A stretch of 64,000 nt of DNA from Candidatus Methanoperedenaceae archaeon (GTDB lineage: Archaea > Halobacteriota > Methanosarcinia > Methanosarcinales > Methanoperedenaceae): assembly GCA_963753595.1 (NCBI GenBank), contig CAVWCX010000024.1:32001-96000 (forward strand), read 5' to 3'. Position 1 is the first letter of the stretch. Each line of letters starts with the position of its first letter. The position numbers and the translations under genes are program-made. The notes beneath the pieces are model-generated. The model saw nothing but the letters and a program-made list of their open reading frames with translations. It was not told the origin of the DNA and did not search any database. Of this stretch, positions 9,478 through 20,576 are shown piece by piece.

Positions 9478-10359
9478 TTGATGTTAAAAAAATTGAAATT
9501 ATATGCTGATTTCGTGGTCCTGAAACATACGCTTTTTGCTATCCCTTTTGCCTATCTTGGCGCAATCCTGGCAAGTAAAGGCATTCCGGAACTTCGGATT
9601 TTGTTCTGGGTCGGCCTTGCGTTCCTGGGAGCGCGAAGCGCTGCGATGGCGTTGAATAACCTTATTGACAAAGATATTGATGCAAAAAATCCCAGGACAG
9701 CAAATCGCGAATTGCCTGCTGGCAAAATATCATTATCCGAAGTCTGGGGAATAATACTCATATCTTATTTTTTCCTTTTTTACTCTGCGTACAAACTGAA
9801 TCCATTATGCCTTTTCCTTGCACCCATCATTCCGATTACGTCAATAATATATCCATATCTTAAAAGGTATCTTCCCATATCGCATTTTGTCCTTGGTCTG
9901 AATCTTGGTTATGCGCCTGTGGGAGGATGGCTTGCCGTAACGGGAGACTTTAATCTTCCATTTGGAGTGCCAGAGCTTACGATGCTGCTTCTTCTTTTTG
10001 CCGTAACATTCTGGGTTGCCGGTTTTGATATAATATATTCACTTCAGGATATTGATTATGACATAAAGAATAAGTTGTATTCTGTGCCAGCCATTTTCGG
10101 TGTAAAGAAAGCCCTCTTTGCTTCTTTTTTGTCACATATTCTGATGCTTATACTTCTGGTTGGCCTGATGTCAGTGCTGAAACTTGGGATTATTTTCAAG
10201 GTGGGCCTGATCGTTATTGCTGCTCTTATATTGTATGAACATTCGCTTGTTAAGGCTGACAATTTCAAAAATGTTCCGATGGCGTTCTTTAATGTGAATG
10301 CTGCTGTGAGTTTGAGCATGCTGGGGTTTACAATGATGGATATTGTTTTAAGGTTATGA
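9478..10359 (+). CDS. ubiA: UbiA-family prenyltransferase (MqnP-like)
   Basis: HTLFAIPF, NNLIDKDIDAKNPRT, GFDIIYSLQD. Confidence 0.9.
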   Translation: MMLKKLKLYADFVVLKHTLFAIPFAYLGAILASKGIPELRILFWVGLAFLGARSAAMALNNLIDKDIDAKNPRTANRELPAGKISLSEVWGIILISYFFLFYSAYKLNPLCLFLAPIIPITSIIYPYLKRYLPISHFVLGLNLGYAPVGGWLAVTGDFNLPFGVPELTMLLLLFAVTFWVAGFDIIYSLQDIDYDIKNKLYSVPAIFGVKKALFASFLSHILMLILLVGLMSVLKLGIIFKVGLIVIAALILYEHSLVKADNFKNVPMAFFNVNAAVSLSMLGFTMMDIVLRL

Positions 10360-10377
10360 AATCAATAGTAATCCCAA

Positions 10378-10559
10378 AACCGTAAAGAGCGCAAAAGGTA
10401 TAATAATTGTTCTTTGCGCTCTGGTATGAAAAAACAACGAACTAATACCAACTGAAACGAACTCAAGCTACCAGAGTTCGTTCGTGTTCGTTTATGTTCG
10501 TTGTTTTTTTTCATTTTTATTTATGAATCGGGAGGATTCATGGCCGACTTTGCGGTGTT
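10378..10559. repeat. Nested 9-nt-period palindromes (CGCAAAG type enclosing CGAAC type)
   Basis: atgaaaaaacaacgaac...gttcgttgttttttttcat (10426-10514) lies between ctttgcgctctg and ctttgcggtgtt. Confidence 0.65.
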
Positions 10560-10657
10560 AAAATATCCAAATTTGGATATTACGTAAAACATGCTAAAGT
10601 TACGGATTAATTTATTTCTGCGAACATTATTTGTAATCCACCGCCAATTACCCGCCC

Positions 10658-10957
10658 ATGCGCAAAAAACAGAAAGACTGGTCAAAGGACATGGCATACC
10701 AGCGCATGATCCTGCTTTTTGAGCTTGCTCACATTGAATTTGAGAAAAATCCCGATCACAGCAACCGTTATATCCAGCTTGCTCGAAAAATAGGAATGAG
10801 ATACAGGGTCAGGATGCCCCCTGAATTCAAGAGGCAAATCTGCAAGCATTGCCATACTTATTTAGTGCAGGGTGTGACAGCGCGAACAAGGCTCCAGGGC
10901 ACTCACATATCCACTACATGCACCTCATGCGGAAAGCAGATGAGATTGCCTTACTAA
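10658..10957 (+). CDS. rnp4: RNase P protein component 4 (Rpp21)
   Basis: RYIQLARKIGM, CKHC...CTSC zinc ribbon. Confidence 0.9.
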   Translation: MRKKQKDWSKDMAYQRMILLFELAHIEFEKNPDHSNRYIQLARKIGMRYRVRMPPEFKRQICKHCHTYLVQGVTARTRLQGTHISTTCTSCGKQMRLPY

Positions 10958-10961
10958 AAAA

Positions 10962-11573
10962 TTGGAACAGGGAAATATGGAAAACATCTTTAATTCAGGA
11001 ACTTTTTCATTAATTATCCTGCCAATCCTGATTTTTTTGGCTCGTATTGTGGATGTTACATTCGGGACTATCCGGATAATATTTGTTTCAAGGGGTATGA
11101 AGTGGCTTGCCCCGATTTTTGGTTTTTTTGAAATAATGATATGGCTCTTTGCGATCGGCCAGGTTTTTAACAATTTGACAAATATTACTTATTATGTAGC
11201 ATATGCAGGTGGTTTTGCCTGCGGGAACTTCGTTGGTATCTATATAGAAGAGAAAATAGCAATAGGTACAATGGTGGTTCAAATAATCACAAGAAAAGAT
11301 GGAACACAGTTAATAGAATTTTTAAAAACTGAGGGATTTGGTGTCACGAGCATTGATGCGGAAGGAGGCACAGGAAAGGTAAAAGTGATTTATACTATCA
11401 TTAAGCGGCGAGACCTTCAACAGGTTGTGGAAATCATTAAAAGATTTAATCCAAAGGCATTTTACTCAATAGAAGAAGTCAGGTCGGCAGGCGAAGGGAT
11501 ATTTCCAGCCGGGAAACAAGGATCTATGTATAATTTTCCATATTTTCTCAGGCTTACAAGACCTGGAAAATGA
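10962..11573 (+). CDS. UPF0316/DUF2179-family membrane protein
   Basis: ARIVDVTFGTIR, GFFE, YAGGFACGN, PKAF; start may be 10977. Confidence 0.8.
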   Translation: MEQGNMENIFNSGTFSLIILPILIFLARIVDVTFGTIRIIFVSRGMKWLAPIFGFFEIMIWLFAIGQVFNNLTNITYYVAYAGGFACGNFVGIYIEEKIAIGTMVVQIITRKDGTQLIEFLKTEGFGVTSIDAEGGTGKVKVIYTIIKRRDLQQVVEIIKRFNPKAFYSIEEVRSAGEGIFPAGKQGSMYNFPYFLRLTRPGK

Positions 11574-11658
11574 TTCCAGTGCCAAAACCTGAATGTTCAG
11601 TTAGCCGAAAATCAGTAGTTGGGAAGTTTATAATTATTGGGACGCTAAAATAGGTTTA

Positions 11659-13719
11659 ATGAGTAAAGAGGTTGGGAAAAGAAGAACGAACCGGCTAATC
11701 TATGAAAAAAGCCCGTACCTTCTGCAGCATGCATATAATCCCGTAAATTGGTATCCGTGGGGTGAAGAAGCTTTTGAAAAAGCAAAGAATGAAAATAAGC
11801 CTGTTTTTCTCTCGATTGGATATTCCACATGCCACTGGTGTCATGTGATGGAAAAGGAATCCTTTGAAGATAATGATGTTGCAGCATTGATGAATGACAC
11901 CTTTGTGAGTATCAAAGTTGACAGGGAAGAAAGACCCGATATTGACAGCATCTATATGGCAGTATGCCAGGCAATGACCGGAAGCGGGGGCTGGCCGCTT
12001 AATTTATTACTGACACCCGACATGAGACCATTTCACGCTTTGACCTATATCCCGAAGAAAAGCAGGTTCGGCCGCGTTGGGATGCTGGACATGATCCCGC
12101 AGGTCAAAGAACTCTGGAACTCAAGGAGAGATGAAGTTGAAAAAGCCGCACTCCAGTTTGTAAATGCTCTCAAGACCGTGTCGGGATCAGATGCGGAAGA
12201 AAGACTGACCGAAGAAATACTCCATATTGCATACGAACAGCTTCTGGGAATGTTCGATGAAGAACACGGCGGCTTTAGTCATGCGCCTAAATTCCCGGCG
12301 CATCACAACCTCATGTTCCTTCTTCGCTACTGGAAACGCACTGGAGATAAGATGGCTCTTATGATGGTCGAGAAGACACTTTATGCCATGCGAATGGGTG
12401 GGATTTATGACCAGGTAGGCTTTGGTTTTCACCGCTATTCTGTTGATCAAAAGTGGCTTGTTCCGCATTTTGAAAAAATGCTTTATGACCAGGCTTTGCT
12501 GGCAATGGCCTATATCGAAGCTTACCAGGCGACTGGAAAAGAAGATTTCGAAAAAACATGCCGCGAAATTTTTACTTACGTATTGAGGGATATGGCATCC
12601 TTGGATGGGGGTTTTTATTCAGGTGAAGACGCCGACAGCGAAGGAGAAGAAGGAAAATTTTATCTCTGGACTGAAAATGAGATGCGTCAGGTTCTTACGG
12701 ATAAAGAATATAAATTAGTTGAGAAGCTATTCAATATCAAGATAAACGGCAATTTCCCGGAAGGAAATGGACGAAATATCTTTTATTTATCAAAACCTTT
12801 TAATGAAGTTCCTGATTTTCCAAACATAGAACAGATCATTGAGTCCTCACGAAGTAAATTATTTGCAGCCCGTGAGAACCGCATACATCCAGGCAAGGAT
12901 GACAAGATACTGACAGACTGGAATGGATTGATGATAGCAGCTCTGGCTAAGGCTTCCCAGGCCTTTCATGAACCCGGATATGCAAAAACTGCTAAAAAAG
13001 CCGCAGATTTTATTCTTTCCAGAATGCGCAACGCAAAAGGTGGACTTTATCACCGTTACAGGGACGGTGAAACCGCAATTAATGGCTTTTTAGATGATTA
13101 TACGTTTTTGGTCTGGGGATTGCTTGAACTTTATGAAGCAACCTTTGAGATCCCTTACCTGAAGGCAGCACTTGAATTCAATGAATATTTGCTTATCCAT
13201 TTCCGGGATAATGAAGCCGGTGGATTTTATATTACATCTGATGATAGCGAGAATATCCTCATCAGGAAAAAAGATATTTATGACGGCGCCGTCCCGTCAG
13301 GCAACTCGGTAGCGATGCTGAATCTTATACGACTTTCCAGGATCACGGCGGATCCCGAACTTGAACGCCAAGCAGAAGCTATCGGGCAGGCATTTTCACG
13401 GATAGTTGGACAGGCGCCAGCTGGTTATACCATGCTGATGTCGGCGCTTGATTTTACTCTTGGGCCAACGAGTGAGGTTGTGATCGCAGGGAATTTGCAG
13501 GCAGATGATACGATGGATATGCTAAAGGCACTCAGGAAAGAATTTATTCCGAATAAGGTTGTAATTTTCCGGCCGGATGGAGACAGTGAGATCACGCGAA
13601 TTTCTGATTTTACAAAAAGCCTTTCAAACAAGGAAGGTAAAGCCACTGCGTATGTATGCCGGAATTTCAGCTGCCAATTGCCTGTAACTGATCCGGGGGA
13701 GATGCTGGGATTGCTGTGA
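11659..13719 (+). CDS. YyaL/SPATA20-like thioredoxin-domain protein (DUF255)
   Basis: [40 protein letters not shown]. Confidence 0.92.
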   Translation: MSKEVGKRRTNRLIYEKSPYLLQHAYNPVNWYPWGEEAFEKAKNENKPVFLSIGYSTCHWCHVMEKESFEDNDVAALMNDTFVSIKVDREERPDIDSIYMAVCQAMTGSGGWPLNLLLTPDMRPFHALTYIPKKSRFGRVGMLDMIPQVKELWNSRRDEVEKAALQFVNALKTVSGSDAEERLTEEILHIAYEQLLGMFDEEHGGFSHAPKFPAHHNLMFLLRYWKRTGDKMALMMVEKTLYAMRMGGIYDQVGFGFHRYSVDQKWLVPHFEKMLYDQALLAMAYIEAYQATGKEDFEKTCREIFTYVLRDMASLDGGFYSGEDADSEGEEGKFYLWTENEMRQVLTDKEYKLVEKLFNIKINGNFPEGNGRNIFYLSKPFNEVPDFPNIEQIIESSRSKLFAARENRIHPGKDDKILTDWNGLMIAALAKASQAFHEPGYAKTAKKAADFILSRMRNAKGGLYHRYRDGETAINGFLDDYTFLVWGLLELYEATFEIPYLKAALEFNEYLLIHFRDNEAGGFYITSDDSENILIRKKDIYDGAVPSGNSVAMLNLIRLSRITADPELERQAEAIGQAFSRIVGQAPAGYTMLMSALDFTLGPTSEVVIAGNLQADDTMDMLKALRKEFIPNKVVIFRPDGDSEITRISDFTKSLSNKEGKATAYVCRNFSCQLPVTDPGEMLGLL

Positions 13720-13737
13720 ATTTATGCCTGGCTTTCT

Positions 13738-14337
13738 TTATGTTGGAAATATTCTACTAAAGCTTTTTTTGCCAAATTTTCTAAGATAAAGTTCCATCGC
13801 TTCAGAAACAGTAGTTTTTGTATCTAAATCTAATTTAAAGATAACTTTATCTTTATCAGATATTGAAGGTATATTTTCCATTATTTTTGTCTTTACTGCC
13901 TCCAAACTACTATATTTTGTCTCAGCATTGCCAATAAATTCTTTTACTGCATTAAACTCTTCAAGTTTGATTTCTGTCAATAGCCACGGTTCAAACACCT
14001 GGAGGATTGTTTCTGTGCCGATTGGAAAAGATTCAGAACCAACAGTTGCAGAAAAAAGACGTATATGTAAAAAGGCTTTGGTGGATATTCCAACAAGTAT
14101 AGCTTGTACCCAGATATTAGATGTACCGACGCCTTCTAATTTGATAATTCCAGACTCTAACAACCAAAACATGATCGCAAAAGCTATCGCACTATATATT
14201 ATTGAATAAAAATATAGTTTCCAAGATTTTTTAAATAAAAAATAGCATGTCCTGGGATATTCTGAAGTGACTAGTTCTATTAAAGTTATAAAAAATGCCA
14301 ATATACCAGCAAAAAGTGCTACAAGTAAATTTGGCAT
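13738..14337 (-). CDS. Hypothetical membrane protein (3 TM)
   Basis: 199-aa ORF, AT-rich, hydrophobic N-half. Confidence 0.65.
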   Translation of the reverse strand: MPNLLVALFAGILAFFITLIELVTSEYPRTCYFLFKKSWKLYFYSIIYSAIAFAIMFWLLESGIIKLEGVGTSNIWVQAILVGISTKAFLHIRLFSATVGSESFPIGTETILQVFEPWLLTEIKLEEFNAVKEFIGNAETKYSSLEAVKTKIMENIPSISDKDKVIFKLDLDTKTTVSEAMELYLRKFGKKSFSRIFPT

Positions 14338-14346
14338 AAATATAAC

Positions 14347-14544
14347 CTAAATTTCTAAAATAGAAACAAAGGCATTGTGAATCTTAACGATTTTGTGGTC
14401 TTCGAGATTTTTTAGAGAACCCTGGATTTCATGGGTTCTTCTGCCAACTTCTCTTGCAAGATAATCTACTGGTATCTCCTTATTATACCTTTTCAAAACG
14501 TCTACTATTGCCGTATTTATACCTATATCTTGAATCTCAGCCAT
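14347..14544 (-). CDS. Small winged-helix-like protein
   Basis: LAREVG...LKNLE..KIV pattern; 9 bp upstream of the next gene. Confidence 0.5.
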   Translation of the reverse strand: MAEIQDIGINTAIVDVLKRYNKEIPVDYLAREVGRRTHEIQGSLKNLEDHKIVKIHNAFVSILEI

Positions 14545-14679
14545 TTTTCATTCCACCTTTTACATATACAATATGCACATACTACATAATGTGTGTTTAT
14601 ATTTGAATACTTTGGCTTATGAATATATATAAACCTTGCCGTGTCTTATCATGAGCTGCATAATTTCTATATTCTACAC

Positions 14680-15885
14680 TTACCTGCCTTTTTTTCCAGA
14701 TACCGACCTTGCAGGAACTTTGCAGCTGATCTTATCCAGATAAGATTCTATCCGACCCAGGGCCTCCACAAGCTGCTCGCGCGATGTTGCATATGAACAC
14801 CGCAGATGCCCCTCACCGCAATCCCCGAATACATTTCCGGGAACTACCGCAACTTTCTCTTCTTTCAGGAGCCCGCCTGCGAACTCCTCAGATGTCATGC
14901 CTGTGCTTTTGATGCTGGGGAATGCATAGAACGCGCCTTTTGGCTCGAAACAATCAAGACCGAGTTTATTCAACCCATCCACGATAAGGCGGCGCCTGCG
15001 GTCATATTCCTGGATCATCTTTTCCATTTCGCCGTTACCGTTCTTCAGGGCCTCAATAGCGCCCATTTGCGCGGTTATCGGCGCGCAAAGCATCGCATAC
15101 TGGTGGATCTTTGTCATGGCGCTGATCATTTCTTCGCAGCCTGTCGCAAACCCGAGGCGCAAACCTGTCATGGCATGGGATTTTGAAAACCCGTTCAAAA
15201 TTATCGTTCTGTCTTTCATTCCCGGGATTGATGAGAAACACGTATGTGAGCCGCCGTATGTTAATTTGCAATAAACTTCATCCGAGATCACGGCAAGGTC
15301 GTGTTCATTTACCACTTGCGCGATCTCTTCAAGGTCTTTTTTCCTCAGGACCGCACCTGTAGGATTATTCGGATAGCTCAGAACAAGCGCTTTTGTTTTC
15401 TTTGTTATGCTCTTTTCTAACTGCTCTGCTGTCACCCTGAATTCATTTTCCCTGTTCGTCGTGACAGGAATGGGTATCCCACCCGCGAGAGAAACGCTTG
15501 GTTTATATGAAACATAACTCGGTTCCGGGACGATCACTTCATCCCCCGGATCTATTATTGCCCTGAAAGCAAGGTCTGCGGCCTCGCTGACGCCTGTTGT
15601 GACCAGTACCTGGTTTTTCGGGTTATAATCAACCTTATAATCTTTTTTATAACTTTTTGAGATCAATTCCCTTAATTCAAGAAGGCCAAGATTGGAGGTA
15701 TATGTTGTAAATCCTTTCTCAAGAGAATATATGCATGCCTCCCTGATATGCCAGGGTGTGACGAAATCAGGCTCCCCGACACCCAGGGATATTACCCCTT
15801 CCATCTCAAGCACAAGGTCAAAGAATTTTCTTATACCTGATGGAGGGATATTCCTTACAGCTTCCGCAACGAATTTATCAGACAT
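14680..15885 (-). CDS. PLP-dependent class I/II aminotransferase
   Basis: SLGVGEPDF, YPNNPTG, SDEVY, GFSKSHAMTGLRLG; start MSDKF. Confidence 0.92.
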   Translation of the reverse strand: MSDKFVAEAVRNIPPSGIRKFFDLVLEMEGVISLGVGEPDFVTPWHIREACIYSLEKGFTTYTSNLGLLELRELISKSYKKDYKVDYNPKNQVLVTTGVSEAADLAFRAIIDPGDEVIVPEPSYVSYKPSVSLAGGIPIPVTTNRENEFRVTAEQLEKSITKKTKALVLSYPNNPTGAVLRKKDLEEIAQVVNEHDLAVISDEVYCKLTYGGSHTCFSSIPGMKDRTIILNGFSKSHAMTGLRLGFATGCEEMISAMTKIHQYAMLCAPITAQMGAIEALKNGNGEMEKMIQEYDRRRRLIVDGLNKLGLDCFEPKGAFYAFPSIKSTGMTSEEFAGGLLKEEKVAVVPGNVFGDCGEGHLRCSYATSREQLVEALGRIESYLDKISCKVPARSVSGKKGR

Positions 15886-15892
15886 AAGATCA

Positions 15893-16372
15893 CTACGGCG
15901 ACACCGGCAGTCTCTCAGAACGCTCTCTCTCGAACAGGATATCCCCATCCTGCTTGTATGTTCTCAGCACAAAATGCGTAACAGTTCCCTGCACCTGTTC
16001 AAGGGTAGCTATTTTTTCAGCAACGAAAAATGCAACTTCTTTCATGGACTTCCCGCGCACGGTGAGTGAAAGATCATGTCCTCCTGAGATAAGGCGGACC
16101 GATACAACTTCCGGGAATTTGGCTATCCGCTCTGCGATAGCATCATAGCCCGTCCTTGAACGTAAAAGAACTTTTAGCTCGATTATAGCATAAACATATT
16201 CTTCCCCTGCTTTTTCCCAGTCAATTACCGTCTTGTATTTTCGGATAATTCCCTTTTTTTCCATTTCCTTTATCTTTGAGGCAACTTGAGCTTCCGTAAG
16301 CCCTGTCATTGTTGCTATTTCTTTTGGCTGTATTTTAGGGTCGTTTTCAAGGATATCAAGTATTTCTTTCAT
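15893..16372 (-). CDS. Lrp/AsnC transcriptional regulator
   Basis: N-terminal HTH, GIIRKY, RAM-like C-terminus; start MKEIL. Confidence 0.88.
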   Translation of the reverse strand: MKEILDILENDPKIQPKEIATMTGLTEAQVASKIKEMEKKGIIRKYKTVIDWEKAGEEYVYAIIELKVLLRSRTGYDAIAERIAKFPEVVSVRLISGGHDLSLTVRGKSMKEVAFFVAEKIATLEQVQGTVTHFVLRTYKQDGDILFERERSERLPVSP

Positions 16373-16553
16373 TGTCTTGCCTCGCGGGTTTTTATTGTTC
16401 TGGGAGGTAATAGGTTTTGCCATTGGAAAAATCGACGGTTTTTTATAATTTAATTATAATAGATATAATAGGTTGTGAAAGCGTGCTGAAAGTATTTTTT
16501 TGATTAAATAAAGCAAAAGCTCTGGACGTCACCCCAAAGCCTACAACAGATTC

Positions 16554-16886
16554 TTATTTTGGTTCAGCGGTAACTGAATAATAAATGTTATCTCCAAATT
16601 CTGTATCAAAAGTAAAACTTACTTTTTTTATCATTCCTTTTTCAATGTATATCACTTGTTGTTGGTTCAAAGGTTGTTTGTCTGGAGCTTTTACTTCAAC
16701 TTTTACTAGAACATCACCAGACTCGCCTTGATTCTCTATGTCAGCGGTTACAATTGTAACACTATTTAAGCCTTGCAATTTTCCGTCAGCATTTTTTGAA
16801 AGAACAACGGGCTTTGACGACGAAACACACCCTGATAATAGAACCAGTATTATTATTAAAATACTTACCATAATTTTCTTATTCAT
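16554..16886 (-). CDS. Small lipoprotein
   Basis: Signal peptide with LSGC lipobox. Confidence 0.7.
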   Translation of the reverse strand: MNKKIMVSILIIILVLLSGCVSSSKPVVLSKNADGKLQGLNSVTIVTADIENQGESGDVLVKVEVKAPDKQPLNQQQVIYIEKGMIKKVSFTFDTEFGDNIYYSVTAEPK

Positions 16887-17146
16887 ATCTATAACCTCAT
16901 CTAATTTAAGTGTGGTAGAACTGTTTTGAGAGGCAGTTACTCACTCCGACAACTTTATTCCAAGTGTTATTTTTATTTAAAGTTAACGCCATGCATCACC
17001 TTCAAATTCTATGGCGCCAAGTTACTCTTGTAACATTATAAATATATTATGATAAGAAAATGCGTTTATAGTTTCCTATACGTTGAAAAAGTCCCATAGA
17101 TAATTTCCAAAGCTTTTTATTGGTATACCATGTCTTTTGAGGGAAT

Positions 17147-17776
17147 ATGCGAGCCGTCATTCCATTCAGGAAAAGTAATGCAAAGTCAAGATTAAGCTCA
17201 TTGCTATCTGAAAAAGAGCGCGAGGAGCTTGCGATGGCAATGTTGAATGACGTGGCGGAAAATCTGGTAAGATCAGGATGTTTTGACGTGATCGATATTT
17301 TATCAACATCAATGATCGAAGTCGAAGACGTCAATATCGTGCTGACAGAGATGGGATTAAATGAAGCCCTGAATGAATACCTGGGAAAGATGGCTTCACA
17401 TAAAATAAATGAGCCAGTCCTTATAATTATGGCGGATATCCCCCTTGTTTCAACAAAGAACATAATAGATATTGTTTCAACCAATGCAGATATTGTGATC
17501 GCGCCCGGAAGGATGGGAGGCACGAATGCAATATTTATCCGCGACCCTGCAAGTTTCCATGTGGATTATTATGGCGCAAGTTTCCTTAAACATCTTAAGA
17601 TCGCTTCAGGCCTTCATACAGAGGTCTTTGACTCTTTTAATCTCAGTACAGACATAGATGAAGTTCCTGACCTTATAGAAGTCCTGCTTCACGGGAAAGG
17701 GCAATCACAGGAATACCTGGAGAAGATCGGCGTGGATATCTCAGCGAACGGTGGGCGTGTGGGAGTTAGAAGGTAG
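17147..17776 (+). CDS. cofC: 2-phospho-L-lactate guanylyltransferase (F420 synthesis)
   Basis: AKSRLS, MADIP, GGTNA, SFLKH, DIDEVPDL. Confidence 0.92.
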   Translation: MRAVIPFRKSNAKSRLSSLLSEKEREELAMAMLNDVAENLVRSGCFDVIDILSTSMIEVEDVNIVLTEMGLNEALNEYLGKMASHKINEPVLIIMADIPLVSTKNIIDIVSTNADIVIAPGRMGGTNAIFIRDPASFHVDYYGASFLKHLKIASGLHTEVFDSFNLSTDIDEVPDLIEVLLHGKGQSQEYLEKIGVDISANGGRVGVRR

Positions 17777-17780
17777 AATA

Positions 17781-18239
17781 TTACAATTTTTCAAGCATCT
17801 CATTGTATTTCCTGAAATCTTCGCGTATTGCATCTATCTGGCTTTCTGCATCTTTAGTCCATCCAGAACGATCATTATTCGAGGGAGTTAAATTTATGAA
17901 CTCTTTACATAAATCTTTTATCGATTTACCTATATTGTTTTTTCGGAAATCTCTTTCATTTTTTGAGATTAAACTATAGCCTTCCCTGCAAGCGTTTATT
18001 AAATCTTTTTCTAATTCGATGGATGGAATAGACCTGCATTTAAACAATTCCCAGCTTGAACAAAAATCATCGATATGCGATCTTAAGGTCTCAATGTTTT
18101 CTTTTCTGATCTCTCTTTTGGATTTCCAATTATGGTAAGGCTCAGAGAACAGATCACGGACTGCCTCAGAAAATGCACTTGTTGCAATCCCCACAAAAAA
18201 AATGGCTGCGCCCAATACTAAGCTGACTACATCTATCAT
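17781..18239 (-). CDS. Hypothetical protein with N-terminal TM
   Basis: 152-aa ORF. Confidence 0.55.
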   Translation of the reverse strand: MIDVVSLVLGAAIFFVGIATSAFSEAVRDLFSEPYHNWKSKREIRKENIETLRSHIDDFCSSWELFKCRSIPSIELEKDLINACREGYSLISKNERDFRKNNIGKSIKDLCKEFINLTPSNNDRSGWTKDAESQIDAIREDFRKYNEMLEKL

Positions 18240-18407
18240 TTATGGGGAGATGCATTCTTTCATTAGTTCGTCATCATTGACGATCTTGAAGCCTTTGAGT
18301 TTAAGTTCGATCTGTCTGCTTATAGGTATGCCTGTCTTATCCCTGATATCTTCCATACGCTTGGCTACTTCTTCATCAACCTGAACGCATATCTGCCGCT
18401 TTGCCAT
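18240..18407 (-). CDS. Small ribbon-helix-helix-like protein (not in ORF track)
   Basis: MAKRQICVQVDEEVAKRMEDIRDKTGIPISRQIE..., 55 aa, GAGG RBS upstream. Confidence 0.55.
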   Translation of the reverse strand: MAKRQICVQVDEEVAKRMEDIRDKTGIPISRQIELKLKGFKIVNDDELMKECISP

Positions 18408-18439
18408 AGTTATTTTACCTCTAATTAGTTACCATTGAA

Positions 18440-18556
18440 CTAATTGTATTTAATGGTTTTCAATGTAGAAATAACAAACTCAAATTTATCTATCTTTTTT
18501 TCCAGCTTCTTAAGCTGCCTGAAAGCTTTATCTGAAAAAATAATTTCATAGGTCAT
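18440..18556 (-). pseudogene. Truncated RelE-like toxin
   Basis: MTYEIIFSDKAFRQLKKLEKK then stop at 38 aa; follows an antitoxin-like gene. Confidence 0.55.
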
Positions 18557-18564
18557 AATCCAAG

Positions 18565-18771
18565 CTATTTCTTTACCTCAGCTAAAGTATGGAATTTACC
18601 AGCTTCAATCTCAGCACGGGCATGAGCTATTTCTTTTTTTGTTTGTTTATTGAGTTCCTGGGAATCTTCTACCAGGTCCCAAATCACTTCCTCATAGGTC
18701 TCTTTTTCAAAGAACTTCCTTTTTACAAGCTCTTTGTGTATATCTTCACTTATCTGAATTGAAGTTGCCAT
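18565..18771 (-). CDS. RelB-like archaeal antitoxin
   Basis: MATSIQIS...ETYEEVI..LVE...IEAGKFHTLAEVKK. Confidence 0.7.
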   Translation of the reverse strand: MATSIQISEDIHKELVKRKFFEKETYEEVIWDLVEDSQELNKQTKKEIAHARAEIEAGKFHTLAEVKK

Positions 18772-18832
18772 TGATAATCACTATAACCTATTATAATATA
18801 TTATGGCAATAAACATTTCTCAGCATAACGGT

Positions 18833-19066
18833 TCATTCATTTTTTCTTTGATATGCTTTACCAGGGCTTTCAGCCACCGCCAGGCCTGAGGTCTGGGATG
18901 GTTTAACATAAACCGTTGATGCAAGGGGCTTTTCATCCTCGATTAATTGCTGAAGGGCAAATTCGATAGCATGAGTCCTATTTGCAAATCGCCGTTTTTC
19001 AATCTGGGTATCGACCCATTTTAATAAATCCTCATCAAGAGCAATACTCGTTTTGATTTTAGCCAT
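18833..19066 (-). CDS. Ribbon-helix-helix protein
   Basis: KTSIALDEDLLKWVD...FANRTHAIEFAL. Confidence 0.75.
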   Translation of the reverse strand: MAKIKTSIALDEDLLKWVDTQIEKRRFANRTHAIEFALQQLIEDEKPLASTVYVKPSQTSGLAVAESPGKAYQRKNE

Positions 19067-19165
19067 ACTATATTTATCCATAATACCGCAAAGTATTTAG
19101 TGATTCATTACCCTGTTATACCTAATTATACCCTGTTAGGGTATGATTTGAGGGAAGTGATTGAT

Positions 19166-19360
19166 ATGGCATTACTTGAATCCAGAAATGAGAGGGTAAA
19201 ACTACTCAAAAAAGGGATCACAGGCAAGCAAATAGAGACACTGTATGTTATTCTCAATTCCCTTGATGTCGTGACTGTAGACTGGCAGGATAAAGAAATT
19301 ATTAGCAAAGACCGGAGTAAGAAGGGGCAAACTCATAGAGATGGATCGGAAACATCTTAA
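19166..19360 (+). CDS. Small conserved hypothetical protein (paralog of 48672..48890)
   Basis: RVKLLKKGITGKQIETLY motif. Confidence 0.6.
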   Translation: MALLESRNERVKLLKKGITGKQIETLYVILNSLDVVTVDWQDKEIISKDRSKKGQTHRDGSETS

Positions 19361-19447
19361 GCTTGGGTCACACCTTGTATATCGAATAAACCTGTAATTT
19401 AAAAACGGCGCAAAGTATATCTCATAGAATTAAGAAGTTAGGACGTT

Positions 19448-20344
19448 ATGCAACTTGAAAATCTCAGACACGGCACGGAACTTTTAAAACGCGGTTTTGC
19501 AAAAATGCAAAAAGGCGGCGTTATTATGGATGTCACAACTCCCGAAGAAGCGATTATTGCAGAAAAAGCCGGGGCTGTTGCTGTTATGGCGCTGCACCAG
19601 GTTCCTGCTGACATAAGAAAATCCGGGGGAGTTGCCAGGATGGCTGACCCGCAGGTTATTTCGGCAATTATTGATGCTGTGACCATACCTGTTATGGCAA
19701 AGGCAAGAATAGGGCATTTTGTTGAGGCAGAAATTATTGAAGCGCTCGGAGTTGACATGATAGATGAGTCTGAGGTACTGACACCTGCTGATGAGTTGTA
19801 CCATATCGACAAAACAAAATTCACAATACCTTTTGTATGCGGAGCCCGTGACCTCGGTGAGGCGCTTAGAAGGATCAACGAAGGCGCAGCTATGATAAGA
19901 ACAAAAGGTGAAGCTGGAACTGGCGATGTGAAAGAAGCGGTCCGGCATATGCGTGCCATCATGGGCGCCGTGCGGGAGTTAAAAGGCAAAGGCTCAGAGG
20001 AATTGATAGCAGTTGCCCGAAAAATTGAAGCGCCGATCGAGCTTGTAATAGAGACTGCCAGGCTCCAGAGACTTCCTGTCGTAAACTTCGCTGCTGGCGG
20101 AATAGCCACACCTGCAGATGCGGCTTTAATGATGCGTCTTGGGGCAGATGGTGTTTTTGTGGGTTCAGGGATCTTTAAGGCGGAAAATCCTGAAAAAATG
20201 GCTTCTGCAATTGTCGAAGCTGTAAATAATTATGATAACGCTTCCGAGCTTGCCAGGATATCAAAAGGACTTGGCGGTGTAATGAAAGGTATTGACATAA
20301 GGGGTCTATCTGATAAGGAAGTTCTACAGACAAGAGGATGGTAA
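19448..20344 (+). CDS. pdxS: PLP synthase lyase subunit
   Basis: [38 protein letters not shown]. Confidence 0.96.
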   Translation: MQLENLRHGTELLKRGFAKMQKGGVIMDVTTPEEAIIAEKAGAVAVMALHQVPADIRKSGGVARMADPQVISAIIDAVTIPVMAKARIGHFVEAEIIEALGVDMIDESEVLTPADELYHIDKTKFTIPFVCGARDLGEALRRINEGAAMIRTKGEAGTGDVKEAVRHMRAIMGAVRELKGKGSEELIAVARKIEAPIELVIETARLQRLPVVNFAAGGIATPADAALMMRLGADGVFVGSGIFKAENPEKMASAIVEAVNNYDNASELARISKGLGGVMKGIDIRGLSDKEVLQTRGW

Positions 20345-20576
20345 AGTCTTCCAAAATGTATAGATATTAAAAGACTTTGGTATCCATCCCATCTAAGGAC
20401 ATCTGAATCCTGTCAATATTCATATTCATAATATATTTAATACTAATTATAATATTGCCATGAAAATAGGTATGATTAAAACCACAATTATTTAATAACT
20501 AAAGTAGTTATATTAATTATATATACTGGCATCGGATCAAAAATGGGGGAAATAAAGCCGAAATCCAGAGTGAAAT

